Shown one piece after another: positions 1-10,018 of a DNA stretch of 64,000 nucleotides. The position numbers and the translations under genes were made by a program. Position 1 is the first letter of the stretch, and each line of letters starts with the position of its first letter. The notes beneath the pieces are model-generated. The model ran no database searches and was not told the origin of the DNA. It was given only the letters and a program-made list of their open reading frames with translations. The DNA comes from an uncultured virus (IMG/VR IMGVR_UViG_3300033146_001398) (taxonomy: Duplodnaviria; Heunggongvirae; Uroviricota; Caudoviricetes): the IMG/VR virus record IMGVR_UViG_3300033146_001398; one strand, given 5' to 3'.

Positions 1-1939
1 CTTCGGAAGGAGTACTTATAGCTTGATTAATAACATCAAGATAAGTATATTTAGTTCCATCACCAAAAGTTAAATCACGACTTATAACATATTGAGAAGC
101 TACAAGTGATTGTATACTTTCATCCCAAACAGTACCATAATCGTTAGTTTCAGTATTAATCATAGACTTAATTTCTCTGAAAGTTAAAGGATAATCAACA
201 CCACCACCAGTTACAGTTTGAGGTAATATCTCATATTGATTATAAGTATAACCAGTATCTCTTGATGTGTCAGAAGAAGCCTTAAATAAAATTGCTATAT
301 ACTTTACATTAGTAGAATCAAAACTTGTTCCACTTTTTGTTAAAGGAGTATCTTCACTATTAACATCAATATAAGAGTATTCTGGTGCAGCATTTTGTGC
401 GTTAGGTTCATACTTATTAGATATTCTCCATAACTTCCATTCATTAGAAGAATCTATTGCTAAAAAATAGGTTCCTTCAATATTAGTATTACTGTATCGT
501 CTAGTCCACAACGCTAATTTATTAGATGATAAATCTTTAGTTGTTGCAAAAGATTTACTTAACCCAACATAATTAGTTTTGTAACCTCTAAAACCACTAG
601 ATGTTGAATCTCTCCAATAACGATTAGACCCTTCAGCAGTATAAGTATCATTATATTCAGTATTAATCATACCATACTCAGTTAAAGTTGGTGTAACAAT
701 TCCTGTACTTAAGGAAACTTGTGTACCTTGATTCAATGCTTTGGAATCAGTCCATACTTCATACCAATGTCCTTCAATATCTGTATCAGCAATAATATGT
801 TCATGTAGATAATATATCCCATCACTAATACCAATACCACTAGCACCCACAATATTATATATTCTGTAATCTGTTAATTTTATACTACTTTTAAAATAAT
901 TTGTAACATCAATTTGATAAGAGCCAGTTCCATAAGTTTGACAAGTGTTAGCTCCACAAGTAGCAACATTATTATCAGGAACACCAGTACCAGAGTAATT
1001 AGTCATAACTAAATATCCTCTTCCACCACTAGTTGTTTGATATTGTCTATACTCAGCAAATGTTGCAGTATCACCATTAGCCCAAGTAATAGCATCACCA
1101 GGAGTACAACCAGCCATTGTTGAAGCTTGGTCTACTCTAAATTGCCATTGATTTGTTCCACTGAAAACTGTTGCGGTAGGGGATTCAACCTCTGGAGCAG
1201 AACCACTTGATAACGCTTTTCCACTAGTATAAACAGCAGCTCTCCAACCAGCATCTGATTGAGTTAAAGTTAAATTTGATAAAGCTCTAATAGGAGTAAT
1301 TTCTAAAGGTTGTAAAGGTGTGCCAGTTCCTCTATCCATAACAATAAACCCAGTACCAATACTTTGGTCATCTCCAGGAATTGAAGCAGTGAAACTTGGA
1401 ATAACACCAGCATCTTCAACTTTTACATACATATTACTGTCATTATATGAATATAATAATCTTACAGAAGATTCAGTTGTAGGAGTTATATTATCTGCAT
1501 CTGAATGACCCATATAATAAACTAACTGATTACTTGCAGTAGCAGTTAAACTAGGATATGTTAAAGTTGTACTACTTCCAGAAGATAAAGCATTAGCACC
1601 AGAGATTAAAGGTGTAACTGTATTAGCACCGCGAATAACTAATCCATATAAATAAATATATAAACTAGTAGAGTCTGTGTACATTGTAGAAAATTGTTCA
1701 TTATCAGTAGTAGCAAATTTGTACCAAACTTGGTTTTCCATTGTACCACTTTCTTCAGCATCAAGATAATTAGTCCAACCAGCATCATTCAAAAATAATC
1801 TGTCGTCATCATTAGCACACCAGCATATTATTAACAAATCTCCAGTTTTAACACTATTTATTACAGGTAAAGCTATATCTTCTATTCCATCACCAGCAGC
1901 AGTCCAATATTGTGTTTTAAATTCTACTTCGAAAGCCAT
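1..1939 (-). CDS. Large virion fibre/adhesin-like protein, partial (runs off the window; >640 aa)
   Basis: Not in ORF track; ATG at 1939 (MAFEVEFKTQYWTAAGDG...VKTGDLLIICW...); Thr/Ser/Gly-rich beta-type composition; lies in fibre gene cluster. Confidence 0.75.
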   Translation of the reverse strand, partial: MAFEVEFKTQYWTAAGDGIEDIALPVINSVKTGDLLIICWCANDDDRLFLNDAGWTNYLDAEESGTMENQVWYKFATTDNEQFSTMYTDSTSLYIYLYGLVIRGANTVTPLISGANALSSGSSTTLTYPSLTATASNQLVYYMGHSDADNITPTTESSVRLLYSYNDSNMYVKVEDAGVIPSFTASIPGDDQSIGTGFIVMDRGTGTPLQPLEITPIRALSNLTLTQSDAGWRAAVYTSGKALSSGSAPEVESPTATVFSGTNQWQFRVDQASTMAGCTPGDAITWANGDTATFAEYRQYQTTSGGRGYLVMTNYSGTGVPDNNVATCGANTCQTYGTGSYQIDVTNYFKSSIKLTDYRIYNIVGASGIGISDGIYYLHEHIIADTDIEGHWYEVWTDSKALNQGTQVSLSTGIVTPTLTEYGMINTEYNDTYTAEGSNRYWRDSTSSGFRGYKTNYVGLSKSFATTKDLSSNKLALWTRRYSNTNIEGTYFLAIDSSNEWKLWRISNKYEPNAQNAAPEYSYIDVNSEDTPLTKSGTSFDSTNVKYIAILFKASSDTSRDTGYTYNQYEILPQTVTGGGVDYPLTFREIKSMINTETNDYGTVWDESIQSLVASQYVISRDLTFGDGTKYTYLDVINQAISTPSE

Positions 1940-1940
1940 T

Positions 1941-2093
1941 TTATACAATCACATCCATTCTATGTTTATAAGAAGTCTCAATACCATTAATATTGACACC
2001 ACATTTTGCACAAGAAGAAGGTTCATAACCATCCTCTGATAATTCTACATCTTGAATTTTCCCACATTTTAAACATTTACATCTTCTTCCCAT
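1941..2093 (-). CDS. Zinc-ribbon microprotein (50 aa)
   Basis: MGRRCKCLKCGKIQ...SSCAKCG: two CxxCG motifs; exactly fills the gap between neighbours. Confidence 0.7.
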   Translation of the reverse strand: MGRRCKCLKCGKIQDVELSEDGYEPSSCAKCGVNINGIETSYKHRMDVIV

Positions 2094-2101
2094 TTTTATA
2101 C

Positions 2102-2479
2102 CTAACTATAATTCTTTTCTGTTAATACACCAGCAGTATAACTGAAGGTGCAAGTTAATGTTGTACTATCCGAAATCCTAGTTATAACCCAACTAGTTAA
2201 AACCCCGCTTGTGTAAGTAAACACTTTAGTGTAAATTGTTGTAGGAGTAACATCATTGTAATCAATACTTGTTAAAACTCCACTGGTATAATTAAATTCG
2301 GCAGTAATATACCCAATCTTAATTTGTGCTTCTAATTCAGCAACTAAAGATAAATCCCCACCACTCGAATTATCATCAACATATTTCTTAGATGCAAACG
2401 CTTCATCGTTAGTACCCATATCAGTAATAGCATCATACTCAGCTTCTCCTTTTACATTAGTATTAACTTTAATATCCAT
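2102..2479 (-). CDS. Putative virion structural/fibre-associated protein
   Basis: SKKYVDDN fibre-junction motif (also in 5460..7133); three F-x-Y-T-(S/A)-G-V-L-T repeats. Confidence 0.65.
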   Translation of the reverse strand: MDIKVNTNVKGEAEYDAITDMGTNDEAFASKKYVDDNSSGGDLSLVAELEAQIKIGYITAEFNYTSGVLTSIDYNDVTPTTIYTKVFTYTSGVLTSWVITRISDSTTLTCTFSYTAGVLTEKNYS

Positions 2480-2481
2480 TT

Positions 2482-2778
2482 TTATTCAAACAACTCCCAA
2501 TTCATACTCTCTGGTAAATCAACTTCAATGCCTAATGCTGCAACTAATTTCTCATATGCAACTCTTAAATCATTCCAGTTATTGTATAACGTTTCGGCGT
2601 CTTCTCCCATAAAACTTAATGCATAATCATTAATATATTCTTTAGTTTCATTATTATAATACGTGAATATTAGAGTAATACTAAAATTGCCTAAGTTGTC
2701 TTTTGATACATTTGAATCACTAAAAACATATTGAAAATCATCTCTTTCATCTACAAATCCTTTTCCTTCTATATTCAT
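2482..2778 (-). CDS. Hypothetical acidic protein in fibre cluster
   Basis: Likely start MNIEGK (ATG 2778) just after upstream stop. Confidence 0.6.
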   Translation of the reverse strand: MNIEGKGFVDERDDFQYVFSDSNVSKDNLGNFSITLIFTYYNNETKEYINDYALSFMGEDAETLYNNWNDLRVAYEKLVAALGIEVDLPESMNWELFE

Positions 2779-2782
2779 TTTA

Positions 2783-2929
2783 TTATACCCACGCAACCCA
2801 TTTTTCACTATCTGTTATTACTACAAAACTATTAGTACCCAAAGTTGGCCACCATCCATTTGGATACCATTCTTGTTGAGAATCGTTATTTAATTCTACA
2901 ACAACTCCACGATACATTAATACAGCCAT
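2783..2929 (-). CDS. Small Trp-rich hypothetical protein (48 aa)
   Basis: MAVLMYRGVVVELNNDSQQEWYPNGWWP...; fills intergenic gap, AAAATG start context like neighbours. Confidence 0.55.
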   Translation of the reverse strand: MAVLMYRGVVVELNNDSQQEWYPNGWWPTLGTNSFVVITDSEKWVAWV

Positions 2930-2931
2930 TT

Positions 2932-4722
2932 TTATACATCCTCTATTGTGAAGTCATCTAAATACCATGGAATTGTATTACCATTAGGAACAATACCTAA
3001 ACTTAATTCACCTTCTTTAACAACATCACTATCTAATACAGTTAATTCAACTTTAACCCAATTTAAACTACCTGTTGTAATAGTTGCGCTTGTAAAATCT
3101 CTGATTAGTAACCCATTATTTCTTGCTTTAAATTGAATAGTACCAACCCATCCTGAGTCCATCTTATAATAAAAACTAATCTTTTTACCAGTACCAACCT
3201 TAACATAAGTAGAAAATACTTTACCATCTTTTTCAAGATGTGTATATGTGGATTTCATCTGAATTTTCAGACTTGGATAGCTGCTGTGAACATTGGTAGA
3301 TTTAACAACACTGTATTTAGGATAATAACTTCCTTCTGCGAAATAATAATCTGCATTAGTTCCACTTAAAATATATCTTGGTTCTGATGCATCTCGTGTC
3401 AAATTAGGGTCGTAAATTAGTTTATTTTCATAACCAGCATCAATGCTACAATCTATTACTTCATTGCCAAGTGTTTGTAAAGCCGCTTCAAAAGCGTAAC
3501 TGCTTGGATTACCAAAATCACAATTTATAGCTTTAATTCCACCACAATAAACGTCAGTTTGAATACAATCATTAGAATTACGATGGATGTTATTTATACA
3601 CATAACGTTCGCAGCTTGTAGCAAATTTATATCATCACCAGTACAATCATGAAATTCACAGTTTTGAACTATTAACCCGTCTGCACCAGCAGCTGTTTTT
3701 ACCCCATCAGCACAATTATAAAACTTTATACCATCAATTAATAATGGAACACTGCCTACATTTAAACCAACAGTACAATAATATATTTCTAAATCTTCAA
3801 AATAATGACCGTACGGGCTGTTAGGTGACCAACCTCGAATACCAGCAGACATCGCATATATTTTACTTCGAATAAATCTTTGACCATAATGAGAAACACC
3901 CATAAGAATATAAGTTCCTTTATCACCAATAATAATTGAATCAATAATATCATATTTAAGACCATACATAAAATATCCTTGTGCACCTTCACTTGCAATA
4001 ATACAATTTGTTGCAGTAGTAGGAACTGAACTATTACCTGAAACCCAAGGAGCACGATAACTCCATAAGAAACAATTAGTGAAATTAGTTGAATAAACAG
4101 TACTATCTTTAATATAGTTACACTCAACCATATTTAATCTATCAATATTACAGTATTGTAATTGACCTGCAGCCTGAGCATCAATACCATTATAAGTAGT
4201 CATAGAACCATTTGGTTTTACCCAAGTTTCACCGTTTTGAGTAGTTTCAGTATCATATCCACCTCTAAAAGTAATCCTATCTACATTACGAGTACTCCAA
4301 ATAATAGAAACATTAGTTTGGTCGTTTGTTGCAATATTTACTTTTAAAATACTAGAAACTGTTTCAGTTAAACCATAATAATAACATTCCCAAGTAATTC
4401 TTGTACTTGTGATAGCTTCAATTCTTCCGAACCTTTCCATTAAAACACCATCAACAGTACCATTACCAACAGCACTTGGTTTCCCCACATAATCCCCCAC
4501 ACTTAAACTCCCAGTTAAATCTGTCGCAGTTTCAATGTATCTGCTGTTATTAGTAAAAGTACAATCAGCAGTAATAACAGTGTGTGCACTTGTTTCTTTC
4601 ACATTTATTTCATCATCTGATGTACAAAATGTTAGTACGTAATTCATAGTTTTATAAGGATTCGCATAACTCCCATCTCCTGTGGAATTATCTCCACTTA
4701 CTAAATCTACCCAATATATCAT
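2932..4722 (-). CDS. Right-handed beta-helix (tailspike/pectin-lyase-like) virion protein with C-terminal carbohydrate-binding-like domain
   Basis: N-terminal YWVDLVSGDNSTGDGSYANPYKT typical of beta-helix starts; repeated N-C-x-F/I-x-N-C rungs; C-terminal W..VELT..WYLDDF jelly-roll-like. Confidence 0.7.
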   Translation of the reverse strand: MIYWVDLVSGDNSTGDGSYANPYKTMNYVLTFCTSDDEINVKETSAHTVITADCTFTNNSRYIETATDLTGSLSVGDYVGKPSAVGNGTVDGVLMERFGRIEAITSTRITWECYYYGLTETVSSILKVNIATNDQTNVSIIWSTRNVDRITFRGGYDTETTQNGETWVKPNGSMTTYNGIDAQAAGQLQYCNIDRLNMVECNYIKDSTVYSTNFTNCFLWSYRAPWVSGNSSVPTTATNCIIASEGAQGYFMYGLKYDIIDSIIIGDKGTYILMGVSHYGQRFIRSKIYAMSAGIRGWSPNSPYGHYFEDLEIYYCTVGLNVGSVPLLIDGIKFYNCADGVKTAAGADGLIVQNCEFHDCTGDDINLLQAANVMCINNIHRNSNDCIQTDVYCGGIKAINCDFGNPSSYAFEAALQTLGNEVIDCSIDAGYENKLIYDPNLTRDASEPRYILSGTNADYYFAEGSYYPKYSVVKSTNVHSSYPSLKIQMKSTYTHLEKDGKVFSTYVKVGTGKKISFYYKMDSGWVGTIQFKARNNGLLIRDFTSATITTGSLNWVKVELTVLDSDVVKEGELSLGIVPNGNTIPWYLDDFTIEDV

Positions 4723-4730
4723 TTTTTATC

Positions 4731-5165
4731 TTACTCCTTTGTTACCCATAAATTTAGGGCCACTTTTTGTATTGTTGAATCATCTATTACATTAAAACAT
4801 AAAACATCTCCTTGGTTATAATTTTGACCACTTAACGATAAATAGTTTGAATCTAGTATGCTGTTTGCTACAATTGGAATTGAACCACTTGCTTTCCAGA
4901 CATCGAAGCTTATATTGCCACTTTCTCCAGACCCACTTGTAATACTCCAACTACTAACTGTACAATTGTATGGAATGTCAATATAAAATTTAACACCTGC
5001 TACGATAACACTACCATCACCAGCATCTCCACTACAACCTATTGCATCTTTTTTTGCATCAATAAAATTGATGTTACCCAATCCGCCTATTTTTCCGATG
5101 TTAATCACCCCATCAAATTTTACGTTTGAATATATATTAATATCCCGCCCAGTCTGCAACAACAA
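4731..5165 (-). pseudogene. Fibre-associated structural gene that appears to have lost its ATG (deletion junction near 5145)
   Basis: Only a TTG overlapping the upstream gene; DINIYSNVK resembles the start MDIKVNTNVK of 2102..2479; IDIPYNCTVSSWSI...FDVWK domain is typical of virion proteins. Confidence 0.5.
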
Positions 5166-5463
5166 AAGAGTCCGTGTATTGCATTAATGAATCAGGGTCA
5201 ATTGAACCAATTGCTTCCCAACTTGCAGTTAAAGTATAATCATCTGCAATTAATCTATATAAACCATTGTTTGAAGTTGTCGAATCTGAATGCACTGCGA
5301 CTATCATTCCCTTATATGTATACACACCACCATCATTCGCAGTCCATGTTGCAGTTAAATATAGATCAGCCTTTGTATCTGCAATCATTCTTGCATCAAT
5401 AGGAGCTGCTTTTTGAGCTTCAAAATTTGCTGAAAATGATGCTACACCTTTTTCTCTGCTCAT
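5137..5463 (-). CDS. Fibre-associated protein, possibly C-terminally truncated
   Basis: Start MSREKG overlaps upstream stop; APIDAR...YKGMIVAV...GLYRL module seen in virion fibres; ends abruptly at ADWAGY. Confidence 0.65.
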   Translation of the reverse strand: MSREKGVASFSANFEAQKAAPIDARMIADTKADLYLTATWTANDGGVYTYKGMIVAVHSDSTTSNNGLYRLIADDYTLTASWEAIGSIDPDSLMQYTDSFVVADWAGY

Positions 5464-7133
5464 GTTGTGTACCACCTCAATTGTCTTGCACCAATCGTAC
5501 TTCCGTTATGTGTGTATTTAGTATAAGTAATTACATTTCCTTGAACTGTATGAGTAGTTGCACTTTGTGTAAACGTAAGAAGACTGTTAGCTTTACTTCC
5601 ACCAATCCACTCCCAAGCACTCGATACTGTATTATAAAATTGAATCCCTGTTATTGCAGACCAACCAGTCGGGAAGTCCACCTTCTGCTTATCAGAGCCT
5701 GACTCTGCTATGATGTCAGTTTGCACATAACTACTATTCATTAAAGCTAAACTTTGTTTGGTCATTACAGTTATAGTTGCTGTAGTTGCGAAGTAAGGAT
5801 AAACTCCTGTAATCGTTCTAGTAGTATATGATGTATTTCCCGCAGCCAACGGTGTTGAGTAATTATTATCATAACTTGATTTTGGTTGTACACCTCCATC
5901 GTAAGCAACTCTTCCTTGCCATGATTGAGCACCGGTTACAACTGTGTAACCAGTAATTGGTTGTGAATCTGTTAAATCTGTTTTAGTTTGATTAGATAAT
6001 CCAGGTCCTGTAAATTGATATTCGTTTGGTAGCCCACTTCTAAACGGACTTGTTGCTGTATATTGGGGATTTATGCTTCCCCTACTAAATGCAGATGAAA
6101 ACGTTATTGTTAATATGTCACCAATCTCTCGTAGCCCTGTGATGGTGCTAACGAAAGTTGAATTGGGTGCTGTAAGTACTGGGAACTTTTCTTCTTTTAT
6201 TAGTTTGTCCCACATTTCAGTTGTTGTGGCATCTGTAAAAGTATCGCCATCTGTTATTCCACCAACAGTTCTTTCTGCATCACCCGTATAAGTTACTTCT
6301 GGTGCGTTATCATCTACATATTTAGTAGTTGCAACCGCCAATGGAACTGCTCCAGTTGGTTGTGTTTTCATAGTGAATAGGTCAGCTTCATTATTAACAA
6401 TAAAAGATTTAGTTAACATATTACCTTGTAATAATAAATTGGATTCAGTTCCAATAGCTAATTGATTTGGACCAGTAACAGATGCACGATAACCCAAGCA
6501 AATAGATTTTTGAATGTTATTATATCCACCACCACCAGCGCCATCTCCAATAATTGTGTTATAGTTGCAACCATTATAATATCCGTCAGCAGCGTAAGAA
6601 CCAATAATAACATTTCTGTTTCCTTCTTGCGCACCAGAGAAAGCACGATAACCAATTATTGTGTTCTCAAACGATGTTGGGTCCATATATCTCCCAGCTC
6701 TGTATCCAATTACATTACTTCTAACTAATTGAATAGTGCTAGTACCCATTGCTAATGATTCAAACGCATAAGGTACTTTCCCATCTAGTTCATTTTGCAA
6801 ATCTGTTTGGTTACTTAATGAACCAGTTATTTGCCCCCATGTTGCACCGCCTAGCTCGTTTCCTGAGATTGTCCAATTTGTTCCGTTCCAGTATATTTCA
6901 TCTCCGTTTTTAAAAGACTGTCCAGTGTTAGTTTTAGAAGCATCATTGTCTGTTACATCAGCTTTAATCTCATACCACCAACCGTTTGTAACTTCAGATA
7001 ATAAAGGGAAATTAGAAGGTATACTAATAGCACCTTGTGGTACTAACGCACCTTTTAAACCAGTTATGTCTCCAATTACATGATTATGCATGAAAACTTC
7101 GCCTTCTAAATAGTCGTATGTTGGTTTAACCAT
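5460..7133 (-). CDS. Fibre protein with trimeric-adhesin-like N-x-x-I-G repeats
   Basis: WGQITGSLSNQTDLQNELDGK fibre motif; NVIGYRA/NTIIGYRA/NVIIGSYA/NTIIGDGA repeats; ATTKYVDDN. Confidence 0.75.
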   Translation of the reverse strand: MVKPTYDYLEGEVFMHNHVIGDITGLKGALVPQGAISIPSNFPLLSEVTNGWWYEIKADVTDNDASKTNTGQSFKNGDEIYWNGTNWTISGNELGGATWGQITGSLSNQTDLQNELDGKVPYAFESLAMGTSTIQLVRSNVIGYRAGRYMDPTSFENTIIGYRAFSGAQEGNRNVIIGSYAADGYYNGCNYNTIIGDGAGGGGYNNIQKSICLGYRASVTGPNQLAIGTESNLLLQGNMLTKSFIVNNEADLFTMKTQPTGAVPLAVATTKYVDDNAPEVTYTGDAERTVGGITDGDTFTDATTTEMWDKLIKEEKFPVLTAPNSTFVSTITGLREIGDILTITFSSAFSRGSINPQYTATSPFRSGLPNEYQFTGPGLSNQTKTDLTDSQPITGYTVVTGAQSWQGRVAYDGGVQPKSSYDNNYSTPLAAGNTSYTTRTITGVYPYFATTATITVMTKQSLALMNSSYVQTDIIAESGSDKQKVDFPTGWSAITGIQFYNTVSSAWEWIGGSKANSLLTFTQSATTHTVQGNVITYTKYTHNGSTIGARQLRWYTT

Positions 7134-7401
7134 ATGTTAAACTCTCCCTATCGTCAAATATATTATCAAAGTCTGGGTTTGAATCTGCAAGTAGTACGGA
7201 TACCGGATTTGTTGCAGTGTCAATTTTTTGTATAAACCAAGCTGGTTCTGATGTAGCTGTACCTGGCATTGCTTTACCAACATATGTTGTAGTAGTAATA
7301 GTTCCTGTGGCGATTAATGTAATAAACGGTGCTACTTTAAGTGTTCGTCTTATAGAACTAGAATAACTATTCTCTTGTATTGTATCATCTGCTTTTGACA
7401 T
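7126..7401 (-). CDS. Small virion structural protein
   Basis: YVGKAMPG..TSEPAWFIQKI...FDNIFDDRESLTY pattern common in phage structural modules. Confidence 0.6.
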   Translation of the reverse strand: MSKADDTIQENSYSSSIRRTLKVAPFITLIATGTITTTTYVGKAMPGTATSEPAWFIQKIDTATNPVSVLLADSNPDFDNIFDDRESLTYG

Positions 7402-7440
7402 TGTTTTTGACCACTATTTGTTATACGCTGTTAAGCGTGA

Positions 7441-7731
7441 TTAAAGCATACTTTGTGATATATCTACAATAATATTATATTTTATTAAGATTTCTGTAGA
7501 CCAACCTGGAAATTTCTTTACTGTGTTATTTGATATACTTAATTTATGCAGATTTCTAATAGCAACTATAACTAAATAATCATTATTTTCAACAATAGTT
7601 TTAATTTCAGCAGTAAAATACTCTTTAGATTTTTCGTCTTCATCATACGCTAACTGAATAACATCTTTAGCTGTAGCTTCAGCACTAATAAACCTTGTGT
7701 TATCAATTACAGCGTGTAAATTTATATCCAT
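7441..7731 (-). CDS. Hypothetical protein
   Basis: ORF with late-type promoter motif 22 nt upstream. Confidence 0.6.
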   Translation of the reverse strand: MDINLHAVIDNTRFISAEATAKDVIQLAYDEDEKSKEYFTAEIKTIVENNDYLVIVAIRNLHKLSISNNTVKKFPGWSTEILIKYNIIVDISQSML

Positions 7732-7752
7732 ATAGAGAATTTATTAAATTTC

Positions 7753-7768
7753 ATATTTAAAAATAATT
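7753..7768 (-). promoter_or_regulatory. Putative late promoter motif AATTATTTTTAAATAT
   Basis: Identical 16-mer at 7753, 13870, 15601, 54872 (truncated copy 63987; variant 19316), each upstream of a minus-strand morphogenesis-region gene. Confidence 0.7.
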
Positions 7769-7780
7769 AAAAAATAATAA

Positions 7781-8212
7781 TTAATTAAGGTTATTTATAA
7801 TTTTATCGTTAGAATCTTCTGTAGACTCAACAGTAAAATCAACTGATTTAGGTTCTTCAGCAATTTGTTCTTTAGTGGCTTCTTTAGGTTTATTATCTAT
7901 CTCTTCCTTAGAGTCCTTTAAAGACTCTTTTACTACTTTAACAGCTTCCTTTCTGTCTTCTGTAACCATTCCTTTAACCGAGGTGTCAATATTTTCCTTA
8001 ATCTTATTAACTACATCAGAATCGTTTCTTTTATCCTCTACGATAATTAGAATACCTTGTTGAATAAGTCTAGAAATCTCAGAAAATTTTTCATCTACTT
8101 CTAATACTGTCTCTTCTTTATCAAGAGTGTTATTCTTTTTATAAAATATATATCCATTATGTGTTGTTAGAAAATCATTAGGATATTTTTCGTTTAACTT
8201 TACAACTATCAT
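7781..8212 (-). CDS. Hypothetical protein with charged C-terminus
   Basis: 143-aa ORF preceded by TATA motif 8232..8249. Confidence 0.6.
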   Translation of the reverse strand: MIVVKLNEKYPNDFLTTHNGYIFYKKNNTLDKEETVLEVDEKFSEISRLIQQGILIIVEDKRNDSDVVNKIKENIDTSVKGMVTEDRKEAVKVVKESLKDSKEEIDNKPKEATKEQIAEEPKSVDFTVESTEDSNDKIINNLN

Positions 8213-8227
8213 AAATTATAAATTATA

Positions 8228-9055
8228 CTAACTATTTATATATTTTTTCTTTTTAAATACGAGCAAATATTCATGCGCTTTAGCAGTCTTTTTATATTTT
8301 TTTGCTTGCCCAAAATAAAATGCTGCAGTATGAAAAGGTATATTTTGTATCGCAATAATATCATGAACTATTAAAATATCTTTTAACTTCTGAATTAAGT
8401 CAGAATGTAAAGTTATATATTCTCCATTATGTCTAAAATCGCCTATAACTATAGCAATATACGCGTCAGCTGCTAAATAAGGAAGACACCCTACTAATCT
8501 AACAACAAGTTCTTTTAAAAACAAATCATAATTAGTTATAGCAGATAATTGACCATCTTCGTTGCCGTACTTTTCTAAATGCCAATATGGCGGACAAGTA
8601 AATAATAAATTAAATTTATTTAGCCAATAATTGCCTAATATTGAAATATTTTTGCAATCATTATTAAAAACAGTAGCATTTACAGCGTATTTAGTTTTAT
8701 TTTCTACAACTGATAATTTACTATTAATATAATCAGACACGGGTTTACTAATATCAAAACCAATATATTCTCTATTCATTGCTACAGATACTAATGCTCG
8801 TGTGCGTCCAGCAAATGGGTCTAATATTTTATCATTCTCTTCACTCCAAAAACTTATAATATTTTTCGCGACAGCAGGAGAAAATTCACTTAATATCTCA
8901 GTGTCATCAAAAAAATTCACAAAACTATCTTTTAAGTGCTCACTATTCATATCGTTATATTTATTATATAACCAAAAACTAGAATAACTTGTATCTCGTT
9001 TTGCAAATATTTTATCTTTGCCTAGTAAATCATTTTTAGCGTTTTTAATTACCAT
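8228..9055 (-). CDS. DNA amino-methyltransferase (m4C/m6A type)
   Basis: SAM-binding motif I ILDPFAG and catalytic motif IV FTCPPY; HEYLLVFKK C-terminus. Confidence 0.85.
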   Translation of the reverse strand: MVIKNAKNDLLGKDKIFAKRDTSYSSFWLYNKYNDMNSEHLKDSFVNFFDDTEILSEFSPAVAKNIISFWSEENDKILDPFAGRTRALVSVAMNREYIGFDISKPVSDYINSKLSVVENKTKYAVNATVFNNDCKNISILGNYWLNKFNLLFTCPPYWHLEKYGNEDGQLSAITNYDLFLKELVVRLVGCLPYLAADAYIAIVIGDFRHNGEYITLHSDLIQKLKDILIVHDIIAIQNIPFHTAAFYFGQAKKYKKTAKAHEYLLVFKKKKYINS

Positions 9056-9980
9056 CGTCTAAGAACCTCTTAACATCATCTAATACTTTATATTTATCAT
9101 TAGCCCATTCATGTTCCCAAATAATAAATGTAGAATAACCTAGTTTAGTTAACAACTCAGCTCTTAAAGGCTCAATTTCTAAATTTCTTTTTACTTTTAA
9201 ATGAGACTTTAATAATTTTTTATCATTACGATATTCTGGGCAACATATAGGACATGCGTGATAATAACATCCGTTATACTCTATTATTTTTTTTTTTAAT
9301 TTAAAATCAACAGTGTACCACATAATTTGAAATTGATGTATTATTTTATCATTTATTTTTAACAACTCTTTATATACTTCTTTTTCTGTTTGAGAAGTTT
9401 TCTTTGTTGCTACACGAGCCAAAGAAATCGACATTTTTCTTACAGAGTCAGAAGTATATTTAGTAAGACCTTTAGACCACCCACATTTCTTAGAATATGC
9501 TAAAACTCTAGAATCATTTTCTTTATTTAAACCGAAATTCCAAGGACTTTTGCCAATATTAGCTTTAGATATTTTTAATCTTGCTTCAGAACTTAAGTGT
9601 TTATCTTGCATAGGATTTTTATTAACTTTATAATATTCTTTAAGAGTCTTAGATATTTTTATTTTAGTTTTACTAGACAGTTTTTTATTTCGTAAACTTA
9701 TACTTAAATTTTTTCTATGTTCAGCAGTTAACACTTTGTTTAAGCTACCTTTAGAAATATTTTCTTTATGTTGTTTACTTAAAATTTTTCCAGTGTGCGC
9801 TATACTGAGTTGTTTTCTATGTGCTAAACTTAATTTTTTTCCTTTGTTCCACGCACTACAAACACCAATAGTACCTTTATTCCATGCTTTCTTTCCTATC
9901 TTTGAGCATGATATAGAACAATAACTAACAGTTTTTCTCATGTCTTTTTCAGTTCCACAATGTAAACATTTTTTTAACAT
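9045..9980 (-). CDS. Putative homing endonuclease: NUMOD3-like repeats + Vsr/DUF559-like nuclease
   Basis: AWNKG/PWNFGL and H-S-x-E-x-R/K-x-K-I-S repeats; YTVDF..IIEYNGCYYHAC..IIWEHEW. Confidence 0.8.
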   Translation of the reverse strand: MLKKCLHCGTEKDMRKTVSYCSISCSKIGKKAWNKGTIGVCSAWNKGKKLSLAHRKQLSIAHTGKILSKQHKENISKGSLNKVLTAEHRKNLSISLRNKKLSSKTKIKISKTLKEYYKVNKNPMQDKHLSSEARLKISKANIGKSPWNFGLNKENDSRVLAYSKKCGWSKGLTKYTSDSVRKMSISLARVATKKTSQTEKEVYKELLKINDKIIHQFQIMWYTVDFKLKKKIIEYNGCYYHACPICCPEYRNDKKLLKSHLKVKRNLEIEPLRAELLTKLGYSTFIIWEHEWANDKYKVLDDVKRFLDDGN

Positions 9981-10018
9981 AGTAATAGTATTAACTTACT
10001 ATTTATATATTTTCTCTT

